A program made the translations under genes and the position numbers. DNA of 63,252 nucleotides, counting the filler, from Chiloscyllium plagiosum (taxonomy: Eukaryota): the NCBI RefSeq assembly GCF_004010195.1. It is 4 parts of one record of this genome, joined end to end, with 100 filler letters (N's around TTAATTAATTAA, not from the genome) between each part and the next. Parts side by side here need not be neighbours in the genome. Positions count along the whole stretch, not along the records: positions 18,124 to 35,718 come from NC_057710.1; 3 more parts are not named here. The stretch is one strand, 5' to 3'. Positions within the stretch are counted from its first letter, which is position 1; the number at the start of each line of letters is the position of its first letter. This document shows positions 25,046-35,818 of the stretch, one piece after another. The notes beneath the pieces are model-generated. The model was given only the letters and a program-made list of their open reading frames with translations, made no database searches and was not told the origin of the DNA.

Positions 25046-25429
25046 TTCAGCTAACTGACCCTAATTAATTCAGTATGCATTGCAAACGGACAATAAAGTG
25101 GTTGCAAATGAAATGTAACTCAGTTAAATGCATGGCTCAAAAATGGTTCTGCGGAATGGGTTTCAGCTCATGGGGCACTGGTACCAGTACTGGGGTAAAA
25201 AGGAGCTGTCCCGTCATGAAGGGCTTCACTTGAACTATACTGGTACCAGTGTTCTGGTGAATTGAATAACCAGGGTTGTAGAGAAAACTTGAAGTAACTG
25301 GAGAGGAGTAGGACTCGAGAGAGAGGAAATATAAGCTTAGAAAGGAAGAGGAATAGCAGCTTTATTTGGATAATGATATCCAGAATGGGACATGATGAAC
25401 AGTGTACAAACAAAGACAAACTGTGGTAA

Positions 25430-25730
25430 GAGCAGAGAATAAGACATAGGAACAGATGTAGGCCATTCAATCAGATCAAAGTTGATCTGATAATCCTCAA
25501 CTCCACTTTCCTGTTTTTTCTTTCATCCTTGATCCCCTTACTGATTAAAAATATTTCCATCTCAGCCTTGATTATATTCATGACCCAGCCTCAAAAGACT
25601 GAGGTAAAGAATTCCACAGATTCACAATTTGCTGGGTAAAGAAATTCTTCATTTTTGGCTTAAATGTGTGATTCTTTCCTCGGAGATAAAACCATCTGGT
25701 TCTAGATTCTCCCACAAGGGAAATAACCTT
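25430..25730 (-). mobile_element. CR1 3' fragment
   Basis: Reverse complement of the CR1 C-terminal and 3' UTR sequence. Confidence 0.7.
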
Positions 25731-25798
25731 TGGCTGTACTTTCACACACAGCAGACATGGATCCCAAACTTCCTCTCATTGAACTGATTCTGACTTCA

Positions 25799-25918
25799 CT
25801 AGGTGAAAGTGAGTACTGCAGATTAGAGTCAAGAGTATGGGGCTGGAAGTCCGAAATGTCGATTCTCCTGCTCCTCGGATGCTGCCTGACCTGCTGTGCT
25901 CTTCCAGCAACACACTCT
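25799..25918. mobile_element. Truncated PLE hairpin insertion
   Basis: Family-A terminal sequence (ggatgctgcctgacctgctgtgc); tgattctgacttca repeated at 25785 and 25919. Confidence 0.65.
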
Positions 25919-26769
25919 TGATTCTGACTTCAACCTACACTGAGCATTGTCCAACGGAAAAGGTCAACAGAATTTACATGATATAACTTTGTTATCATTG
26001 GTTGCTTTTGGTTTGCATTGATGCATTTATTTTGCTTAATATTTTCATCTGGGGTTAACTAATTCCTTAAATTAACTCCAGCCTGGAGAACCAGGCAAAA
26101 ATCTCATCAGGGAAACCATTGCCCTATTTCGTGTTTGGACAGATAATTTGTCTTCACAAATCTGGGCAGATATATTGTGATGATACAGTAGTGAATATGT
26201 CAATGATAAATTTCCTCTCAATTGTGCTATAGGTGTGTTGGACATTGAGAAAGCAGCATACTTCCTGAATCCAATGGTGCTGAAGTATCGGTGGGAAGGG
26301 TTGAGGGAATTTGAAGTATAAAAAAATCCTAGCCCAGTGAAATCAAACATAAAGTAAATGATTGCATTGGATAAGAGGAGATTTCATTTTTTAAAACATA
26401 TACAGTGCTCCAGTACAGCTATGTGTCCTGGGCAGCCTGAGGTGCTGAAGCAGGCAATAATGGAAACACTGCCTGGAATCCATCAGCATATTATTAATCA
26501 CTGTGAGGCCAGCACATCAGTCAGGACTTGGGGTAGGAGGAAGTGTGCAGAGATTCCACCCCTCCAGAATCTCATCATCATGGAGTGGAGATTCGGGAAA
26601 TGGAGATTGTGAGGGATTTTATTCCTTCAGCAGCAACTTTTAAAAAAAACACAGGTTGAAGTGAACAGAGGAATTCCTTTGTTTATTTCAAATAGAGTAT
26701 TTTTTGCTCAAATAATGAGTGAACACTCAATGCCAATATCAGCAGTAAATTATTTCCAACTGTTGAGGG

Positions 26770-26975
26770 TAGGTTAGCTCATTTGGCTGAACAGCTGGTT
26801 TGTGATGCAGAATGATACCCATGGTATGGGTTCAATTTCCACATCAGCTGAGATCACCAGGAGGACTCTTCTGTGCAAGCTTTCTCTTTGCCTGAGGCAT
26901 GGTGACCATTAGGCTAAACCACTATTAGTCAGCTCTCTAATGAGAGAGGGGCTCTCTGCACTTATGGTGTCTTTA
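26770..26975 (+). mobile_element. tRNA-derived SINE (second family)
   Basis: A/B-box-like ttagctcatttgg...gggttcaatttcc; homologous to 24845-25045. Confidence 0.65.
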
Positions 26976-27061
26976 TCTTACCAAACATTAAACCAGCATT
27001 CCCTGAATAGATGCTTGCTCAGCATCAGAGGCACAAGTACTCTACAATGCAGTTTTAAAAA

Positions 27062-27770
27062 AATTCATTCATAGGATGAGGGCATTGCTGGTTAGGTCAG
27101 GATTTATTGCTCATAGGACAGTTAAGAGTCAGTCATATTTCTGTGGATCTAGAATCACATGTAGTCTAGACCAAGGAAGGAGGGTAACTTCCTTCCCTAA
27201 CAGACATTAGTAAACCAATGGGCCTTTTCCCAACAAGCGACAATGGATTCATGATCATCATTAGATCCATAAGACCATAAGACATAGGAGCAGAAATTAG
27301 GCCATTCAGCCCATCGAATCTGCTCCACCATTCAATCCTGACTGATAAGTTTCTCAACCCCATTCTCCTGCTTTTTCCACATAACCCTTGATCTCCTATG
27401 AAGACAATCAAGAACCTATCTAACTCCGTCTTAAATATACACAAATATGCAGTGAATTCCATAGATTCACCACTCTCTAGTTGAATAAGTTTCTCTTTAT
27501 CTCCATTCTGAAGGATCTTCCCTTTACTCTAAGGCTGTGCGCTCAGGTCCTAGTCTCTCCTACCAATGAAACATCTTCCTATCATCCACTTTGTCCAAGT
27601 CATTCAGCATTCTGTAATTAGATCCCTCTTCATCCTTCTAAACTCTAACAAGTACCCTTAATTCAAATTCTACCATCTGCCGAGATAAGATTTAAATCCA
27701 TTCCTCAGAGCCTTACCTGAGTCTCTGGATTAATAGTCAGGTGATAATACCAATAGGCCATCATTCCCCT
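27062..27770 (-). mobile_element. Retroposon 3' fragment with nested CR1 3' end (~27266-27655)
   Basis: Flanks match 52478-52822 (tcattcat.ggatgaggg...ttccttccct.a..gacattagt); inner part is a reverse CR1 tail (cataagaccataagacatagg). Confidence 0.65.
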
Positions 27771-28634
27771 GTTGTGGTCTGCTCAGCTGTTGCTGTCTGT
27801 ATCTGTGTGAGTAACTTGTATTCTATGGTATATTAATGGGGATACAATTATAAATATGTTTGACATGTACATTTACAAATCTATTAAAATTGCTGTTTTC
27901 ATTTTTTTTCTGTCACTTTCAAGGGATTGCTTTCGGTAGTGGATAATTCTAATCATTATATCAAAGCCAGATTTAAGTACAATTATTAAATAATGAGTAT
28001 TTTGCTCATGTGGCAACACCACACGAGATCACCCAGTAACAACATTATTTTAAGATAATTGGCAAAAGAACCACAGAGAAGATGAGAAGGCTCTTTTTAT
28101 GCAATGATTTTTTTTAAAATTTGCATGCATTGCTGAAAAGGATAGTGAAAATTTTTCTATAGTAACTTCTAAAAGGGAATTGGATCAATACTTAAAACAG
28201 GGAAAACCATTCAGTGAAATAACTAAATAGTGGAGGCAAGATGTCATAAATCAAAGTGGAGTGTCAAGACCAAAGAGGTCTGTGTTAATGTGTGGGGAAG
28301 AGGCAAAATGAATACAATACGAAGGGATAGCGAGAGAGAATCTAAAAGTTACCAGCAAATAAGACTAGAAATGAAGAAAATAAAAGGATAAATCTACAAG
28401 CTTTATATTTAAATGCATATAGCATTCAAAATGATCAAGTGGCAGTGAGCTCAGTATGTTGAGCGTCCAGAGAGTAAGGCAAGACTGGATGGCTTTTGCT
28501 TTATTGCTAGGAGTGCAATGGGTAAGACTGATGAGTTATGGTAATATGGGGTAAATCATTTAGGACTGAGGTGATGAGAAATGTCTTCACTAAGAGAGTG
28601 ATACATCGGTGGAATTCACGACCACAGAAAGCAG

Positions 28635-28841
28635 GAGAAAGTGAGGATTGCTGGAGATCAGAATTGAAAAGTGTGGTGCTCAAAAAGCACAACCAGTCAG
28701 GCAGCATCTGAGAAGCAGGAGAGTTGACATTTTGAGCATAAGCCCTTCATCAGGAAGCTTATGCCCGAAACGTCAACTCTCCTGTTCCTCTAATGCTGTC
28801 TGACCGGCTGTGCTTTTCCAGCACCACACTTTTTCAACTAA
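28635..28841. mobile_element. Palindromic PLE insertion in a CR1 3' fragment
   Basis: 12-bp TSD cacagaaagcag at 28623-28634 and 28842-28853; inverted arms. Confidence 0.85.
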
Positions 28842-28889
28842 CACAGAAAGCAGTCAAAGCTAAAACATTGTATGATTTCAAGGAGTTGG

Positions 28890-29545
28890 ATATTGATTGA
28901 TTGATTGATTGTTGATACTGAGATACAATGAAAAATGTTGCTTTGTGCGGTTTACAGGCAAATCGTACCATAAAAAGTGTATCAGGGTAGCAGACCAAGA
29001 TGCAGAGTACAGTGTTGCAGCCACACAGAAGGTGCAAAGAGAGAGATCAAAATCAACATTTGTGAGGTCTGTTCAAAAGTCTGATAGTAACAGAGAAAAA
29101 GCTGTTCTTGAATCTATTGTACATGTATTCAAACTTTTACATCTTCTGCTTGACAGAAAAAGGTGGAAGAAAGTAAAATCAGGTTGGAGGGGTCCTTAAT
29201 TATATTGGTTGTTCTCCTGAGCCAGTGGGAAGTATAAATAACTCAATGGATGGGAGGCTGGTTTGAGTGATGGACTGGGCCATGTTCACAACTCTCTGTA
29301 GTTTCTTACAGTTTTGGGAGGAACAGCCATTTCATGCTCTGATGTATCGGATAGGATACCTTCTATGGTGCATCTATAAAAATTGGTCGGAGTCCTTGTG
29401 GATTTGTCAAATTTCCTTAGCCTTCTGAGGAAGCAGTGGTGTTGATGTGCTTTCTTAATCATCGTGTCGACATGGGAGGACCAGAACAGATTGTTGGTGA
29501 TTGTCACTCCCAGGAACGTGACGCTCTCGACCATCTCCACATCAG
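28890..29545 (-). mobile_element. Rex1/Babar-like LINE 3' fragment
   Basis: Minus ORF VESVTFLGVTITNNLFWSSH..FLRRLRKF..FYRCTIE; (tcaa)n tail at ~28892-28911. Confidence 0.8.
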
Positions 29546-30117
29546 CAGACAGGATTGGTCTAAAGGGATCAAAGAGTTTGAGGGAAAAGCAGGAATGGAC
29601 TACTGAATTAGATGACTAGCCATGGTCATAATGAATGGAGGTGCAGGCTCAAAAGGCTGAATAGCCTATTCCCATTCCTATTTCCTATGTTTCTATGATT
29701 TTATGTTAAGACCAAAATAAACAGGAACAGGAGATGAAAACGTTTTGGGGGGTTCCTCACATAAGGACAACAAGCAGCTGTAGGCCATTCAGCTGCTGCA
29801 GATTACCCTGACGTTCAAGATACTTCCGAAGTAACCCATTCAGAGATGCTGTCACACACCTGAGAGCAAGTGGGACTTGTACTGTGGCCTGCAGGTCAAG
29901 AGGTAGGAACACTACTGCTGTATCATAGAGCCCATGCCCCGTCATTTAATAAAATCATGGCTATGTCCCCCAGTTTAACATTCACATGAATGGAAACAGC
30001 TTCTCAACTCCTACCCTGTCAAGTCCCCTCAGAATCTTGTCTGCTTCAGTAAGATCAACCCTCATTTATCTAAATTCTAATGAACAAAGGCCAAACCTGT
30101 TCAGAATTTTTGGCAAG

Positions 30118-31122
30118 GTGGAAGTGGGTACTGCAGATGCTGGAGATCAGAGTCAATATTAGAGTGCTGCTGGAAAAGCACAGCAGGTCAGGCAAAATCC
30201 GAGGAGCAGGAAAATCAACATTTTGGCGAAAAGCCCTTCATCAGGAATGAGGCAGGGAGCCTCTGGGGTGGAAAGATAAATGGGACTGGGGTGGGGCTGG
30301 GGAGAAGGTAGCTGAGAGTGCAGTAGGTGGATGGAGGTGGGGGTAAAGGTGATAGGTCGGAGAGGAGAGTGGAGCGGATAGGTGGGAAGGAAGATTGACA
30401 GGTGGGACAGGTCATGAGGATGGTGCCAAGTTGGAAGGGTGGAAGGGGGGGAAGGTGGGGGGGAGGAGAAATACAAAAGTGGTGAAGTCCACATTGATGC
30501 CATGGGGTTGAAGGGTCCCGAGGTGGAAGATGAGGTGTTCTTCCTCCAGGCGTCGGGTGGTAAGGGAGTGGCGGTGCAGCAGGATCAAGTCCTGCATGTC
30601 CTCAGAGTGAGGTCTGCAGATGCTGGAGATCAAAGTTGAAACTTTATTGCTGGAACAGCACAGCAGGTCAGGCAGCATCCAGGGAACAGGAGATTCGACG
30701 TTTCGGGCACAGGAGAAATACAAAAGTGGTGAAGTCCACATTGATGCCATGGGGTTGAAGGGTCCCGAGGTGGAAGATGAGGTGTTCTTCCTCCAGGCGT
30801 CGGGTGGTAAGGGAGTGGCGGTGCAGCAGGATCAAGTCCTGCATGTCCTCAGCAGAGTGGGAGGGGGAGTTGAAATGTTCGGCCACAGGGTGGTGGGTTT
30901 GATTGGTGCGGGCATCCCAGACATGTCCTTTACCCCCACCTCCTTCCGCCTATTACACTCTCAGCTACCTTCTTCCAAGCCCCACCCCCTCCCATTTATC
31001 TCTCCACCCCCGAGGCTCCCAGCCTCATTCCTGACGAAGGGCTTATGCTCGAAGCGTTGATTTTCCTGCTCCTCGGATGTTGCCTGACCTGCTGTGCTTT
31101 TCCAGCACCACTCTAATCTTGA
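30118..31122. mobile_element. Rearranged PLE with inverted terminal repeats
   Basis: Minus strand GIY-YIG end (HFNSPSHS..LEEEHLIFHLGTLQPHGINVDF); termini inverted; imperfect TSD cagaatttttggcaag / cagcattcttggtaag. Confidence 0.82.
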
Positions 31123-31484
31123 CAGCATTCTTGGTAAGTCAACCCCTTCATCAGTTTAGTGAATCACTTTTGAACTGACTCTTATGCTATTATGTCCTTT
31201 CATAAATTCAGGGGCCAAAACAGTGTACAGCACTCCAGGTACACCCTCACCAACACCCAACCAACATGGTTGTAATGATGTGATAGTGCCGGTGTTGGAC
31301 TGGGGTGGACAAGGTCAGAAGTCACATCGCCAGGTTATAGTCCAACAGGTTTATTCGTAATCACAAGCTTTTGGAGTGCTGCTCCTTCATCAGGTGGAGT
31401 GAAGAGAAACACACAGGCACACAATTTATAAAGTTAAAAATCACACAACACCAGGTTATAGTCCAACAGGTTTAATTGGAAGCA

Positions 31485-31519
31485 CACTAGCTTTCGGAGC
31501 GACGGTCCTTCATCAGGTG
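31485..31519 (-). ncRNA. Minimal hammerhead ribozyme motif
   Basis: cac CUGAUGA a ggacc guc gcucc GAAA GC UA gug (one stem II mismatch). Confidence 0.62.
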
Positions 31520-31869
31520 ATTGTCCGCAGTGACAATGTTGTCTACTGTGGTTCCAGGGCGGGCTTTGCTATTACTGGTAAGAATGCCAAGCTTCTCCAG
31601 TTTTTTTGTTCTTGGCGTGCATGTACGTGGTGTAGTTTTGTTGCTTTGTCTGTTTGGCGATGTCACGTAATTGTACTGATGTATCCTGTGTGCAGGCTGT
31701 AGGTGTGGATTCCATCTGAATTTCAAGGTTGTGGCGCCTGCTGTAGAGTTGGTACACGAGATGATTGAGAAGTTTACGAGAGGTGCGGTGGCAAAGTCTC
31801 TCTGCAGTCTGTGTTGTAGGTCGACCTAAGTGGATTCGTGATCCGTAATCCTTTCGGGATCTTCACAAT

Positions 31870-31904
31870 CACCTGATGAAGGAGCATCGCTCTGAAAGCT
31901 AGTG
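31870..31904 (+). ncRNA. Minimal hammerhead ribozyme motif
   Basis: cac CUGAUGA a ggagc auc gcucu GAAA GC UA gug. Confidence 0.68.
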
Positions 31905-33129
31905 TGCTTCCAATTAAACCTGTTGGACTATAACCTGGTGTTGTGTGATTTTTGTACACCCCAGTCCAACACCAGCATCTCCGAATCATGACACAATTGT
32001 GAATCATGAATCATGGCAGAGAGATCAGAAGATCATACAAATGGTGTGAGTGAAGTGTCAACAGGCTGAGTAATAAGTCTCTGCAGGGGAAGTGTCAGAC
32101 GGAGTGAGTAAAGTGTCCAAAACTGAATAACCAGTGAAGGGCTGACCTATGGTCTGATGAGGCAGAGAGATAATTACAAAAGATTAATATGAAGATGGTA
32201 TTGGAGACAAACCAAAAGGCTGGAATAACATAATAGGTATAAGACTCACATGCCGAGGGTCGAACCAAAGTAACAAGTAATCCAAAACTGTACAAACTAA
32301 TTAAGGTAGAAAGATCCTAACAAGTTATCAAGGTGAAAATGTCAAGTAGGACAGTGAGGAAGATTTTACAGATACAGAATGGTGGTCACATGTAGTGTGA
32401 CATGAACTCAAGATCATGGTTGAGGCTGTCTTCATGTGTACAGAACTTGGCTATCAGTGCCTGCTCAATGACTAAACATTGTTGTGTATCTCAAAAGCTG
32501 CCTTAGAGAGCCCTTACCCAAAGATTAGAGGCTGAATGTCTTTGATTGCTGAAGTATTCCCCAACTGGGAGGGAACATCCCTGTCTGGCGATTGTTGTAG
32601 GGTGTCCATTCATCTGTTGTTGTAGCATCTGCAAAACCTTGCCAATATTACCATGCCTCGGGGCATCCTTGCCTGCAGTGTATAAGGTAGACAACATTGG
32701 CCAAGTCACATGAGTATCTGCTATGTACATGGTGGGTCATGTTCCCATGTGTAATGGTAGTATCCATATCAATGATCTGACATGTCTTGGAGAGCTTGCC
32801 ATGGCAGGGTTGTATGGTTTTGTGGTTGATGTTGTCCTGAAGGCTGGTTAGTTTGCTGTGAATTATAGTCTGTTTAAGGTGTGGCAGTTGTTTGATGGCG
32901 AGAAGTGGAGACGTAGGGATGTTCTTGGTGAGATGTTCGTCATCATCAATGACATGTTGAAGGCTGCAAGAATATGTCATAGCATCTCAATTCTGGGGAA
33001 ATCCAGTACCATGATCTTGGGTTCATGTTGGGCTACATGTAACCCCACCATACTGTTCTGCATTTATAAAACATTCCTTATTGTCCTTTCTGACACCATC
33101 ACCTTGATAACTTGTTATGATCTCTCTAC

Positions 33130-33870
33130 ATAACATAAGAACATATGAACTAGGAGCAGAAGTAGGCCATCTGGCCCTTCAAAACTGCTCCACCATTCAA
33201 TGAGATCATGGCTGATGTTTACCCACCCTCTCACCATAACCCTTAATTCTTTATTGTTCAAAACAAAATCTGTCTTAGCTTTAAAAACATTTACCGAGGA
33301 AGCTTCAACTACTTCCCTGGGCAAGGAATTCCATAGATTAACAACCTTCTGGGTGAAGAAGTTCCTTCTCAATTCAGTCCTAAATCTGCTCCCCCTAATT
33401 TTGAGGCTATGCCCTCATGTCTTAGTTTCACCCATCAGTGGCAACATCCTCTCTACTTCTATCTTATCTATTCCCGTCATAATTTTATATGTTTCTATAA
33501 GATCCCCCCTCATTCTTCTAAATTCCAATGAATATAATCTCACTCTACTCAGTCTCTCCTTATAAGGCAACCCCCACAATTCCAGAGTCAATCTAGTGAA
33601 CCTCCTCTGCACCCCCTTCAGCGCCAGTACAGCCTTTCTCAAGTAAGGAGACCAAAACTGCACACAGTACTCTAGGTGTGGCTTCACCAGCACGTTATCC
33701 AGTTGCAACATCACCTCCCTGCTTTTAAATTCAACTCCTTTAGCAATGAAGGACAAAATTCCATTTGCCTTCCTAATTACCTGTGGCACCTGCAGGCCAA
33801 CCTTCTGTGATTCATGTACAAGGACACCCAGATCCCTCTGCATAGCAGCATGCTGCAATTTCTGACCATT
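33130..33870 (-). mobile_element. CR1 3' fragment nested in the PLE
   Basis: ORFs 33415-33858 and 33115-33372 (PHLEYCVQFWSP; FFTQKVVNLWNSLP); tctctac on both flanks. Confidence 0.9.
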
Positions 33871-34442
33871 TCTCTACCAAAATTAATTTGTACAGTTTTG
33901 GAATACTTGTTACTTTGATTAGACCATTGGTATGCAACCCTTATACATATTATGTTATTCCAGCCATTTGGTTTGTCTCCAGCACCATCTTAGCATTTTT
34001 TTTGCAGTTATCTCTCTGCCTCAATAAATCAGATCAAAGGTAATTCCTTCACTTGTTATTCAGCTGTTGACACATTACTCACACCATCTGATACTTTTGA
34101 TCATCTGCAGAGACTTGTGTCAACAGGCTGAGTAACCTCACTCACACCACTGGTATGATCTTCTGATCTCTCTGCCTATAAATTATGTGCCGGTGTGTTT
34201 CGCTTCACTCCACCTGAGGAAGGAACAGGACTCCAAAAGCTTGTGATTTCAAATAAACCTGTTGGACTATCACCTGGTGATGTCTGACTTCTAACATGGT
34301 TTTAATAAGACTTCTCTATTTTAAAACTCCAAACTTCAGGCACTAACGGCCAACATTCTACTTGCCTCTTTGATTAATTGCTGCACCTCAAGCTAACATT
34401 TTTTGTGTTTGATGCACATGAGCAGACAGATCCCTTGAGCTG

Positions 34443-34530
34443 GATTAGTGGTGCTGGAAGAGCACAGCAATTCAGGCAGCATCCGAGGACAGGCAACATC
34501 TGCAGTCATTGTTTTTACCTCATTGATTTT
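34443..34530. mobile_element. 88-bp PLE remnant
   Basis: Exact 15-bp TSD agatcccttgagctg at 34428-34442 and 34531-34545. Confidence 0.8.
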
Positions 34531-35059
34531 AGATCCCTTGAGCTGTGTATTTTGGAGTCTTTCTCCTTTTAAATAATACTTTTTTTCAATATTTTTCCTC
34601 CAAAAGGTCATATTTAGTTAAACTCTATCTGCCAAGTATTTGCCCATTCACACAAGCTATTTAAATTCCCTTGAAAATCCCTGTGAGCTCATGATAACAC
34701 ACTTTCCAAACTATTTTTGTATCAACAGTGAATCTGGATAGCAATCTGTCCCCTCCTACAAGTTATTAACATTGATAGTAAATAATTGAGACTGTAAAGA
34801 TGAATCTTGTAGCACTCCACTAGTTATGCCTTTCCAAACTGACAAAGACACACTAAAACCAACTCCATGTTGGTATGTTAATCAATCCTCGGTCTATGGT
34901 AATACATTATTTCCAGTGGTATGAATTACTATCTTGTGAAATAACCTTTTGTATAACACCATATTGAATGGCATCTGGAAATCCAAATGTACTAGACCTA
35001 CTAGTTCTCCATGACTTCCCTTTCACAAAATCATGTTTCTAAATTTCCTGTTATTTCTT

Positions 35060-35345
35060 CCACCAGCACTGCCTGCATAAGATTATTCAAATCTGCTTGG
35101 AAGAGAGATGCACCAACACCGGTGTCCTTGATCAGGCCAACAGGCTCAACATCAAGGCATTGACTATCCTGACTCAGCTGGATGGGCTGGATGCATCATC
35201 TACATGACTGACAAGAGACTCCCCAAGCAGATGCTGGAGTCCCAGCTCTGAAATGGCAGGCATGCCTCAGGTGAAACGCTTCAATAATAACCTCAAGGCT
35301 TCACTGGTGAAGTGCGGCATTCCCATAAACACCTGGGAATCACTA
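35060..35345 (+). mobile_element. RTE-clade LINE 3' fragment
   Basis: HQHCLHKIIQICLEERCTNTGVLDQAN, DKRLPKQML and LKASLVKCGIP, typical of the RTE ORF C-terminus. Confidence 0.75.
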
Positions 35346-35356
35346 GTCTAATTCTG

Positions 35357-35717
35357 GTCCCCTACCTGGACCTCTCCTTCACCATTAATGACGACCGACT
35401 TGACACTGACATTTTTTACAAACCCACAGACTCCCACAGCTACCTGGATTACACCTCTTCCCACCCTACCTCTTGCAAAAATGCCATCCCGTATTCCCAA
35501 TTCCTCCGCCTCCGCCGTATCTGCTCCCAGGAGGACCGGTTCCACAACAGAACACACCAGATGGCCTCCTTCTTTAGAGACTGCAATTTCCCTTCCCACG
35601 TGCTTAAAGATGCCCTCCAACGTATCTCGTCCACATCCCACACCTCCGCCCTCAGACCCCACCCCTCCAACCGTAACAAGGACAGAACGCCCCTGGTGCT
35701 CACCTTCCACCTTACCA
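35357..35717 (+). mobile_element. PLE RT C-terminal fragment
   Basis: YLDLSFTINDDRLDTDIFYKPTDSHSYLDYTSSHP..IPYSQFLRLRRICS; runs into a gap. Confidence 0.9.
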
Positions 35718-35818
35718 ANNNNNNNNNNNNNNNNNNNNNNNNNNNNNNNNNNNNNNNNNNNNTTAATTAATTAANNNNNNNNNNNNNNNNNNNNNNNNNN
35801 NNNNNNNNNNNNNNNNNN

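Larger units (their letters stand above)
31277..34292. mobile_element. PLE (family B) with long inverted terminal repeats, carrying nested inserts
   Basis: Minus strand GIY-YIG (RYSCDLANVVYLIHCRQGCPEAW; LPVGEYFS); right part is an inverted copy of the left; TSD aacatggtt(g/t)taat at 31263-31276 and 34293-34306. Confidence 0.85.
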
